Shown here in pieces: positions 11,442-18,155 of a DNA stretch of 64,000 nucleotides. The stretch lies in the NCBI GenBank assembly GCA_963785375.1, contig CAWAVD010000004.1, positions 181,533 to 245,532 of the forward strand. The letters run 5' to 3'. The stretch comes from Sulfurovaceae bacterium (GTDB lineage Bacteria > Campylobacterota > Campylobacteria > Campylobacterales > Sulfurovaceae). Numbering within the stretch: position 1 is the first letter of the stretch; the number at the start of each line of letters is the position of its first letter. Below the pieces are notes generated by a model. It was not told the DNA's origin and did not search any database. It was given only the letters and a program-made list of their open reading frames with translations. A program made the position numbers and the translations under genes.

Positions 11442-12098
11442 TGAGTTAAACTTCCCTGTAATAAGTTTATACGTTTTTTCACAACGATTTGCAACATCTT
11501 TAGAGTGCGTGACAAGAATCAAAGTAGTATTGTTCTTTTTAACAAGTTCAAAGAGTATATCCATCACTGCATTGCCGGTCTCATCATCTAAATTTCCACT
11601 TGGTTCATCAGCTAAGATTATTTTAGGATTATGAATAAGTGCTCTAGCGATAGCAACACGTTGTTTTTCACCTCCACTAAGTTGAGAAGGAAGATGGTCC
11701 AATCGATGATCGAGTCCTACACTTTCTAAGAGTTTGATAGCTTTTTCTCTAGGTTTAGAAATATTACAGACTTTTGCTGGAAGCATCACATTTTCAAGAG
11801 CATTTAGGTAAGAGACTAAATGAAAATTTTGAAAAATAAATCCAATATTCATAGCTCTGAAATCATTTAGCTCACTTTCTTGGAGATCTTTATAAGATAC
11901 AGAATTTAAAGAAATATCACCATCGTCTGGTTTTATTATTCCGGAGATAAGTGAAAGCAATGTTGATTTACCGCTACCAGATTTTCCCATGATCGCTACT
12001 CTTTGACCTTCTCCCACGTGAAAATTTAAATTCTCAAATATTTCAATGGTCTGTGAACCCTGATGGTACGATTTTTTCAGTGATTTTAATTCTAGCAT
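11435..12098 (-). CDS. ABC ATP-binding protein (YbbA/LolD family); as assembled it reads in frame into the permease N-terminus (ORF 11031-12098)
   Basis: [29 protein letters not shown] and LVTH motifs. Confidence 0.88.
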
Positions 12099-12700
12099 TA
12101 TAGATCTTCCTTGATAAATTCAAAAACTTTTTTTGCAATATATTTATGACCTTTTTCATTAGGATGAATTCCATCTCTTTGATTAAATTCTTTTTTACCA
12201 GCAATCCCATCTAGTAAAAAGCTCATACTCTTTAACTTATATTTAACTTTTATTTTCTGATACATTTCTTTAAACTGTGCAGAGTACTCAGGCCCATAAT
12301 TGGGTGGCATGAGCATCCCTGCTAGTAAAACTTTTGCATTGTATTTTTGAGCATATTTGATGATCTCTTCAAGATTTTTCTGACTTTGTTCAAGGTCTAG
12401 ACCTCTTAGACCATCATTGACACCAAGAGCTAAAAAAACTAAATATGGTTTTTTTTTCATATACCATTTAAGACGAGCAAGACCATCACTGGTTGTAGAG
12501 CCACTTACACCACCATTTATAACGATAATACTTTTATGAAGTTCAGTTTGAATTAAATTCTCAACTAGTTTGGGGAATGCATCTTCTTTACTAACCCCAA
12601 GTCCTTCAGTTAACGAATCACCCAAGAAAAGAATAGTATTAGAATTGGCATTGGCAGTTATTAGATTAAATAAAAACAGAATAAGTATAATTTTTTTCAT
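12098..12700 (-). CDS. tesA: Arylesterase / acyl-CoA thioesterase I (SGNH/GDSL hydrolase) with signal peptide
   Basis: GDSL, GVSG, GVND and DGIHPN blocks; usual partner of YbbA/YbbP. Confidence 0.88.
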   Translation of the reverse strand: MKKIILILFLFNLITANANSNTILFLGDSLTEGLGVSKEDAFPKLVENLIQTELHKSIIVINGGVSGSTTSDGLARLKWYMKKKPYLVFLALGVNDGLRGLDLEQSQKNLEEIIKYAQKYNAKVLLAGMLMPPNYGPEYSAQFKEMYQKIKVKYKLKSMSFLLDGIAGKKEFNQRDGIHPNEKGHKYIAKKVFEFIKEDL

Positions 12701-12908
12701 GGGTCATTTTATCCTAAATCAAAAACGTTTCAGAATCAATATAACACGCACTACCTAAAAACTAATAGGTAATAAGTTATTTTTTAAAGGCACTCTACGG
12801 TAATCCCTTATAGAACTTTATAAGGTTTTTATTCTGCCAAGATAAATGGAATTATATAAATTAAAAGTATGTAATTTAGGGGCTAATACTCCCCATAACA
12901 ACAGGTGC

Positions 12909-12972
12909 AACGATAAGTTATGCCCTACTCCCTTATTTACGATACATATCCATATACTAGTGACACCTTTGG
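12909..12972 (+). repeat. 64-bp direct repeat A, copy 2, followed by a second GTGACAC
   Basis: aacgataagttatgccctactcccttatttac...gtgacacctttgg(tgacac). Confidence 0.9.
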
Positions 12973-13042
12973 TGACACTTTTTTACTAAAAGTTTCTCTG
13001 TTTTTTTATTAGCTTAACTTTTAAAAACAATAAACCATGAAA

Positions 13043-13077
13043 GATACTTTTCATTATCAAACCTTCCATATAGCACA
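13043..13077 (+). repeat. Repeat B, copy upstream of the TA module
   Basis: gatacttttcattatcaaaccttccatatagcaca; 30/35 identical to 14543-14577. Confidence 0.8.
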
Positions 13078-13252
13078 ATATGTTATGAATAAAATATAAA
13101 TTTTAAGTGTTAATAGAAGTATGTATGAGAATAGTTACTTAAGGCTCTTGTTTGATTAGTATATTATGAATAATATTTTTGATGATTTGATTATTATTGA
13201 ATAGTAAAAAATTGCTATTACGTATCATGTAAATTTGCTTTACGCGCCAAAT

Positions 13253-13298
13253 AGTTGTCATTTTGACAAATAATTAAAAATTGGTTAAAATGACAACT
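13253..13298 (+). promoter_or_regulatory. Sigma70 promoter of the TA operon, overlaid by a 19-bp inverted-repeat operator
   Basis: TTGACA 13263-13268, 17 bp, TAAAAT 13286-13291; arms 13253-13271 and 13280-13298 match 17/19. Confidence 0.85.
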
Positions 13299-13318
13299 GT
13301 AAAGATAAAGGAGAGCCC

Positions 13319-13753
13319 ATGAAGATAGAACACGAACTGTTTGAAAAGATGCTTACTGCAAAAGGTATCACTAAAAAGGTTTTCTCAAAATATGCAAAAA
13401 TCCCCTACTATACAGTAGCGGGCTGGAAAAAATCTGGTAATGTACCTGCCTATGCCATGGTGATTCTAAAAAGTATCCCCTCTCCCAAGACCACTACTGC
13501 ACAAACGTTGATTGACATAGGAATGAAAAGGGCAATTTTTTGGAACAATGATCTTAACAAAGAAGTACCAAGCGATATTTTCATTGTCTCTACACTCAAA
13601 AGAGCCTACAATGATTTCGTTATTGATAAACTGGTTGAATTTTTTGGTGAAGACATGGTCTTACATTCACTTGAGCGACATAAACAAATTGTTTCTGATA
13701 CATTGATCCAACGCGTTACAGATCACATACAAACCTCATTGGCTTCTGCATGA
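13319..13753 (+). CDS. HTH-domain protein, putative antitoxin of an AbiEii-type type IV TA pair
   Basis: N-terminal XRE-like HTH (KKVFSKYAKIPYYTVAGWK); C-terminal IFWN...FFG domain (DUF6922-like); ATGA overlap with the toxin; AGGAG RBS. Confidence 0.7.
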   Translation: MKIEHELFEKMLTAKGITKKVFSKYAKIPYYTVAGWKKSGNVPAYAMVILKSIPSPKTTTAQTLIDIGMKRAIFWNNDLNKEVPSDIFIVSTLKRAYNDFVIDKLVEFFGEDMVLHSLERHKQIVSDTLIQRVTDHIQTSLASA

Positions 13754-14433
13754 TCAATCCCGAAACACAAGCCCTTCTCGATAAATTTAAAAAGATACCA
13801 CTTTTTTCAGAACACAAAGCTATTTTAATCGGTGGTACTGCTTTAGCCTATCATCTTTCTCATCGAGAAAGCTTTGATTTGGATATCTGTTTTCCATTTT
13901 CTGAATTATTGCCCAAGCTTGATTTTTTGGATATTTTTGAAGAGGTCATTCCTTTGGAGTTTGACCAAACTACTATAGATACAGCCATTAATGAAGGTGG
14001 AGATATCAACGAGGTAATACAACGTTATATTATAGATGGTATAAAAGTTGATTTTGTCATTAATCCTTCAAGTAACATTTATGAGCGTGAAATACTTCAA
14101 AATAATCAAAGTGAAGCTTATGGACATCTGCGAATTGCATCGATCAAGAGTATTTTTACTCTCAAATCTCTTTTATTACTTGATAGAAACAAAATTAGAG
14201 ATCTCTACGATATAGTCTATCTATTGAAAAATCAAAACTTTACAGCCAAAGAGATGATTGATATAATCATGCACTATCGTATCACATATCTGCCACTGCA
14301 CATTTTACAACTTATAGAGGCAAAAAAAGAGGATCCCTATGATATTGAAGGGATTGAAAAGCCCAGGATGGATATAACCGAGTACGAAAATCTAAAAGCT
14401 TATCTTCTTGAAGATGTAAAAGCAAATATATAA
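13750..14433 (+). CDS. AbiEii/AbiGii-family nucleotidyltransferase toxin
   Basis: LIGGTALAYHLSHRESFDLD, IKVDF and K...R...RDLYD motifs. Confidence 0.88.
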   Translation: MINPETQALLDKFKKIPLFSEHKAILIGGTALAYHLSHRESFDLDICFPFSELLPKLDFLDIFEEVIPLEFDQTTIDTAINEGGDINEVIQRYIIDGIKVDFVINPSSNIYEREILQNNQSEAYGHLRIASIKSIFTLKSLLLLDRNKIRDLYDIVYLLKNQNFTAKEMIDIIMHYRITYLPLHILQLIEAKKEDPYDIEGIEKPRMDITEYENLKAYLLEDVKANI

Positions 14434-14482
14434 ATATATCTTAGTTCACCTAAAGGTAATAAAATAGATATTTTAAATGATC

Positions 14483-14589
14483 CTATCTTTCCCTGATATA
14501 AGTCATTAACTTTTTGAACTCTATGAAGTTTATGTTTTCTTTGATAGTTTTCATTATAAAACCTCCTATATAGAACATTTTATAACGTT
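14483..14589 (-). pseudogene. Repeat B main copy: -10-like box, AGGAGG RBS and a 23-codon stub MKTIKENINFIEFKKLMTYIRER*, possibly a tyrosine recombinase N-terminal remnant
   Basis: ATG at 14554, RBS 14562-14567, TAG 14483-14485 are seen in the sequence; the recombinase identity is from recall only. Confidence 0.45.
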
Positions 14590-14704
14590 TTCTATGGGAG
14601 GGTACATATTTATGGGCTGCAAACGTCGCTACAGCGAATAACGTTATAAAATATGTTAGATTATAAGGTTTTGAAATTTGAATCTAAACGGATGTTCGGA
14701 ATAA

Positions 14705-15874
14705 CTATACAGATATGACATGAATATTACGTGTGAATATTATAATTAGTATGGTCACTAAACCAACATGGTACCCACCCTTCATAAACTGATTGTACTT
14801 TTTATCAAGAACGCAAGAGGGGAAATCCAATATTTCTTTAGATAGTTTAGCATAGTTCTGATTATGCTCTTTTCGTAAAGATTCAAGAGGCGTAATATTG
14901 CCTCTATACCCATTTTTTCTTCTTGTGTTAAATCCCCATTGGTAGGCTCTGTATTTTTTGAGTAAATTACCAATATTAGGTGCATTCACATAATCATAGA
15001 ATTCTTTCTCTATGATCCAATGAGAAGTCTCGACTTCACTCTGCCAGGTCTTTGCACCAGGAGGAATGGTGATATGTTTTGTAATGCCATTACGATGTAT
15101 CACTTCTTTAAAAATAGTTTCATCCATTGTATTGCGTGTATTGACAAATTCACTGCCATTGTCTGTCTGTATAATTCTAGGTACAACATCAAAGCGTTTC
15201 AGATGTGAGAGTAGCATATCCACAAAGATAGAAGAGTTATGTCTGGTATGTTCGTGTGCTAGTGAGATGAACAATGCACCTGTCTTTAGATCTCTGGCAG
15301 TATATTGGTACATAGGAAGTCCGGGCTTTACAAGTCCCTTTTTATGTTGTAATGCTAATGACTGATCTAAATAGTTTGGTATATCTCTTAACTCTTTGAC
15401 ATCTATCTGTATCTTCTCAAAGGCTAAGTACTTCTGCTTGATCGCTCTACAGTCTTTCTTCTTTTCACTTTTTTTATAATGAAGCTTTAATAACTTGTTC
15501 TTCTTCCAGATCGCATAGATCGTTGCGGCAGAAGGTATTTCTGAACATTTTTCTTTATTGAGATATGAGATCACATAACTGTATCCCATACTGGGATGCT
15601 CTTTGCGAAACTTAATGATAAGTGCTCTGGTCTCATCTGTGATCTGTAGATGAGGACTCTTGGGTGCTTTGGATCTATTCTTTAAGGAAGATATATGCCC
15701 CTGAAACCTACCCACCCATTTGCGTACGGTCTTACGTGTGGTATTAAACTCTGAAGCTACTGCAGAAATGGATCTTAGTTCCTGATATCTGCGTACCATT
15801 GCCTTTCTGATCTCCAAAGGTTCTGCTGAGTCTTTGAGGAAGTCTTTGTATGTTAAAATGTTACTTGCCAACAT
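14705..15874 (-). CDS. DDE transposase (HTH + rve integrase core)
   Basis: HTH SISAVASEFNTTRKTVRKW; IQIDVK, IQTDNGSEF and EVETSH catalytic motifs. Confidence 0.9.
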   Translation of the reverse strand: MLASNILTYKDFLKDSAEPLEIRKAMVRRYQELRSISAVASEFNTTRKTVRKWVGRFQGHISSLKNRSKAPKSPHLQITDETRALIIKFRKEHPSMGYSYVISYLNKEKCSEIPSAATIYAIWKKNKLLKLHYKKSEKKKDCRAIKQKYLAFEKIQIDVKELRDIPNYLDQSLALQHKKGLVKPGLPMYQYTARDLKTGALFISLAHEHTRHNSSIFVDMLLSHLKRFDVVPRIIQTDNGSEFVNTRNTMDETIFKEVIHRNGITKHITIPPGAKTWQSEVETSHWIIEKEFYDYVNAPNIGNLLKKYRAYQWGFNTRRKNGYRGNITPLESLRKEHNQNYAKLSKEILDFPSCVLDKKYNQFMKGGYHVGLVTILIIIFTRNIHVISV

Positions 15875-15965
15875 GGTTTTTATCCTTTATTCTTTTTGCC
15901 GAAAGAAATCTTGGATAAATTATACCCATCTGCTTTAGGTGGATACCATGTTGGTGCAATCTACA
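14752..15965 (-). mobile_element. IS481-like/ISNCY insertion sequence (~1.2 kb) with 28-bp imperfect terminal inverted repeats
   Basis: TIRs 14752-14779 and 15938-15965; inner 18 bp match 17/18 (accaacatggta(c/t)ccacc); upstream end begins TGT; no target duplication seen. Confidence 0.85.
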
Positions 15966-16042
15966 CAACTAAGATAAAGTCAATGGCAAAAATAGGCCAT
16001 ATATGTTATACTTATAAATAAGGTTTATTTAAAGGTATGATT

Positions 16043-16603
16043 ATGAAGAAAATATTGTCACTTGTATTATTGACATCGTTTATGTGGGCAACAACCGTTT
16101 CTTTTAAGGGTGAAGAGGTCACTTTGAATAGTAAGGGTTTAAAAGTAGGTATGGATGCACCTTCATTCATGGCAGTGACTAAAGATTTTACTGAAGTAGT
16201 AGTCGGAGGGAAAAAAGACAAAGTTCAAGTCATAGCATTTATCCCATCCTTCGATACCAGTACCTGTAAATTAGAAACTATGGCATTTAATCAAAAAATA
16301 AGTAAAATGAAAAATGTAATTGTAACAGTGGTATCAAAAGATCTACCGTTTTCGATTGGAAGATTTTGTCGTGACAATAAAATAAAAAATGTCTTGACCG
16401 TGTCTGATTATAAAGATGCCAATAATGTTCTTAGATATGGTTCAACAATCTCTGCTCCTGTATTTTTAGAAGGTTTTTTTGCACGGACAATATATGTAGT
16501 AGATACCAATGGTAAAATAGCTTATAGAGAAGTGGTCAAAGAGATCACAGAAGAACCTAATTACAACGAAGTGATCAGAGCTGTAAATCGTTTGTCATTT
16601 TAA
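16043..16603 (+). CDS. tpx: Thiol peroxidase (Tpx, atypical 2-Cys peroxiredoxin) with N-terminal signal peptide
   Basis: PSFDTSTC, SKDLPF...RFC and EITEEPNY motifs; MKKILSLVLLTSFMWA leader; alternative start at 16037. Confidence 0.88.
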   Translation: MKKILSLVLLTSFMWATTVSFKGEEVTLNSKGLKVGMDAPSFMAVTKDFTEVVVGGKKDKVQVIAFIPSFDTSTCKLETMAFNQKISKMKNVIVTVVSKDLPFSIGRFCRDNKIKNVLTVSDYKDANNVLRYGSTISAPVFLEGFFARTIYVVDTNGKIAYREVVKEITEEPNYNEVIRAVNRLSF

Positions 16604-16614
16604 AAAGTCTTCTT

Positions 16615-16638
16615 GTTCCCATACGATGTGTGGGAATG
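16615..16638. repeat. REP-like hairpin / possible terminator
   Basis: gttcccatacgatgtgtgggaatg between the convergent tpx and tRNA operon. Confidence 0.5.
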
Positions 16639-16785
16639 TATCTTCAGAGAGAATAGTCTAATTTTCTCTCATTCTTTCTCTACAGTTTTAAAAATATAAA
16701 CCACAAGACAAAGCTTACAATAGAGAAGGTATCTGTATGTTTTGTGCGTATTAAAAGAAAAAAGTAAGTGATTTTATTAATGAAA

Positions 16786-16862
16786 TGGCGCGGTGGACGA
16801 GACTCGAACTCGCGACCCCCTGCGTGACAGGCAGGTATTCTAACCAACTGAACTACCACCGC
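16786..16862 (-). tRNA. tRNA-Asp(GTC)
   Basis: Cloverleaf GCGGTGG...CTGTCAC...TTCGAGT...CCACCGCGCCA. Confidence 0.97.
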
Positions 16863-16919
16863 ACCTAAGACCAAATAAATGGTTGAAAAATATTGTACAA
16901 GAAATAACTTAAATGTACA

Positions 16920-16995
16920 TGGTGGTCGCTACAAGACTCGAACTTGTGACATCTACCTTGTAAGGGTAGCGCTCTACCAACTGAGCTAAGCGACC
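16920..16995 (-). tRNA. tRNA-Val(TAC)
   Basis: GGTCGCT...CTTACAA...TTCGAGT...AGCGACCACCA. Confidence 0.97.
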
Positions 16996-17011
16996 GTATG
17001 TTTAAAAAAAA

Positions 17012-17087
17012 TGGCGACCCTTAAAGGATTTGAACCTTTGTTTTTACGTTGAAAACGTAATATCCTTGGCCACTAGATGAAAGGGTC
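17012..17087 (-). tRNA. tRNA-Glu(TTC)
   Basis: GACCCTT...TTTTCAA...TTCAAAT...AAGGGTCGCCA; all stems pair. Confidence 0.95.
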
Positions 17088-17113
17088 ATAATAAGCCCTT
17101 AACATATGGTTAA

Positions 17114-17189
17114 TGGTGGTCGCTACAAGACTCGAACTTGTGACATCTACCTTGTAAGGGTAGCGCTCTACCAACTGAGCTAAGCGACC
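17114..17189 (-). tRNA. tRNA-Val(TAC)
   Basis: Identical to 16920-16995. Confidence 0.97.
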
Positions 17190-17205
17190 AGACATTTGTA
17201 TATAG

Positions 17206-17281
17206 TGGTGACCCTTCATGGATTCGAACCATGGGCCCACTCCTTAAAAGGGAGTTGCTCTACCAACTGAGCTAAAAGGTC
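17206..17281 (-). tRNA. tRNA-Lys(TTT)
   Basis: GACCTTT...CTTTTAA...TTCGAAT...AAGGGTCACCA. Confidence 0.97.
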
Positions 17282-17335
17282 ATAAAATAAAACTTAGTTT
17301 CATGAACCGACTGCTGAAGTCAACTTCAAAATTAA

Positions 17336-17412
17336 TGGCGCGGTGGACGAGACTCGAACTCGCGACCCCCTGCGTGACAGGCAGGTATTCTAACCAACTG
17401 AACTACCACCGC
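17336..17412 (-). tRNA. tRNA-Asp(GTC)
   Basis: Identical to 16786-16862. Confidence 0.97.
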
Positions 17413-17428
17413 ACCTAAAAAATAATAG

Positions 17429-17504
17429 TGGTGACCCTTCATGGATTCGAACCATGGGCCCACTCCTTAAAAGGGAGTTGCTCTACCAACTGAGCTAAAA
17501 GGTC
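17429..17504 (-). tRNA. tRNA-Lys(TTT)
   Basis: Identical to 17206-17281. Confidence 0.97.
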
Positions 17505-17543
17505 ACACATTTTTTGCACTCATTACTTGAATAAGTGGACGGA

Positions 17544-17572
17544 ATTATAGCTCAGAAACCTTTCATTGTCAA
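17544..17572 (-). promoter_or_regulatory. Consensus sigma70 promoter of the tRNA operon (Lys-Asp-Lys-Val-Glu-Val-Asp)
   Basis: TTGACA (17572-17567), 17 bp, TATAAT (17549-17544). Confidence 0.9.
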
Positions 17573-17591
17573 GAGAATTATCGGAAATGTC

Positions 17592-18074
17592 TTAAATTTC
17601 TAGTACTTCAGCTAATTTATCGATAGCAAACATTGTGGATTGCTCTTGGACCGCTTCTCTTGGGCCATGAAAGTTGCAATGAAAGACCTCTTTTGAAAAA
17701 GGGGTCTTTATGCCTATATATACGGTTCCTACAGGTTTGAATTCAGTACCACCGGTAGGTCCAGCTATGCCAGATACTGCTATAGAGTAGTTTGAATCTG
17801 CCATTTTTTGTATACCATCCAACATCTGTGAAACACACTGTTCACTTACTGCACCATAGTTTTCAAGTACATCTTTGCTTACTCCCAGCCAAAGATGCTT
17901 AATATCGTTTGAGTAGGTGACACAGGAGCCATGAAGTATTTCTGAAGCTCCTGATATAGAAGTAAATGCTGCAACGATACGCCCACCAGTACAACTTTCT
18001 GCAAAAGAGATCGTTTGTCCTTCTTTTGTCAATTTTTGAATGATTTTTTCTACTAGATTTTGAATATTTTTCAT
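17592..18074 (-). CDS. CinA C-terminal domain / nicotinamide-nucleotide amidohydrolase (PncC-like)
   Basis: AESCTGG, GAVSE, SGIAGPTGG and KPVGTV motifs. Confidence 0.92.
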   Translation of the reverse strand: MKNIQNLVEKIIQKLTKEGQTISFAESCTGGRIVAAFTSISGASEILHGSCVTYSNDIKHLWLGVSKDVLENYGAVSEQCVSQMLDGIQKMADSNYSIAVSGIAGPTGGTEFKPVGTVYIGIKTPFSKEVFHCNFHGPREAVQEQSTMFAIDKLAEVLEI

Positions 18075-18155
18075 AAGTTAATTGTAGCGAAAGTAGCTTC
18101 TAATGGTCTTTTAGATAAAATCACGGGATAATATAAGACTAAGGTATTATCAAAC

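Noticed and set aside
9782-12098. Programmed ribosomal frameshifting in the ABC permease or proA
   Set aside because: Several independent single-base indels, mostly in short homopolymers, with no slippery-site-plus-structure pattern; assembly error is simpler
12903-12930. Repeat A as a XerC/XerD dif or pdif site
   Set aside because: It has GGTGC and TTATG fragments but lacks the TTATGTTAAAT arm and the 11-6-11 geometry
13037-13054. ATGAAAGATACTTTTCAT as a difH/XerH site
   Set aside because: Arm spacing is shorter than the TGAAAA-N6-TTTTCA pattern I recall for difH, and the right half is explained by repeat B
13243-13249. CGCGCCA as a duplicated tRNA-Asp 3' end (att site)
   Set aside because: Only 7 bp and in the opposite orientation to the tRNA; expected by chance
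16680-16874. 64-aa ORF over tRNA-Asp, and the many short antisense or alternate-frame ORFs in the track
   Set aside because: They overlap tRNAs or well-supported genes and have no recognisable motifs; shadow ORFs
17012-17087. Unusually AT-rich tRNA-Glu as a possible pseudo-tRNA
   Set aside because: All stems pair, CCA is encoded and the layout matches canonical tRNA-Glu(UUC)
16786-17504. Repeated 76-77-bp units resembling a CRISPR or repeat array
   Set aside because: They are duplicated tRNA genes (Asp x2, Val x2, Lys x2); no CRISPR array or cas gene was seen in the window
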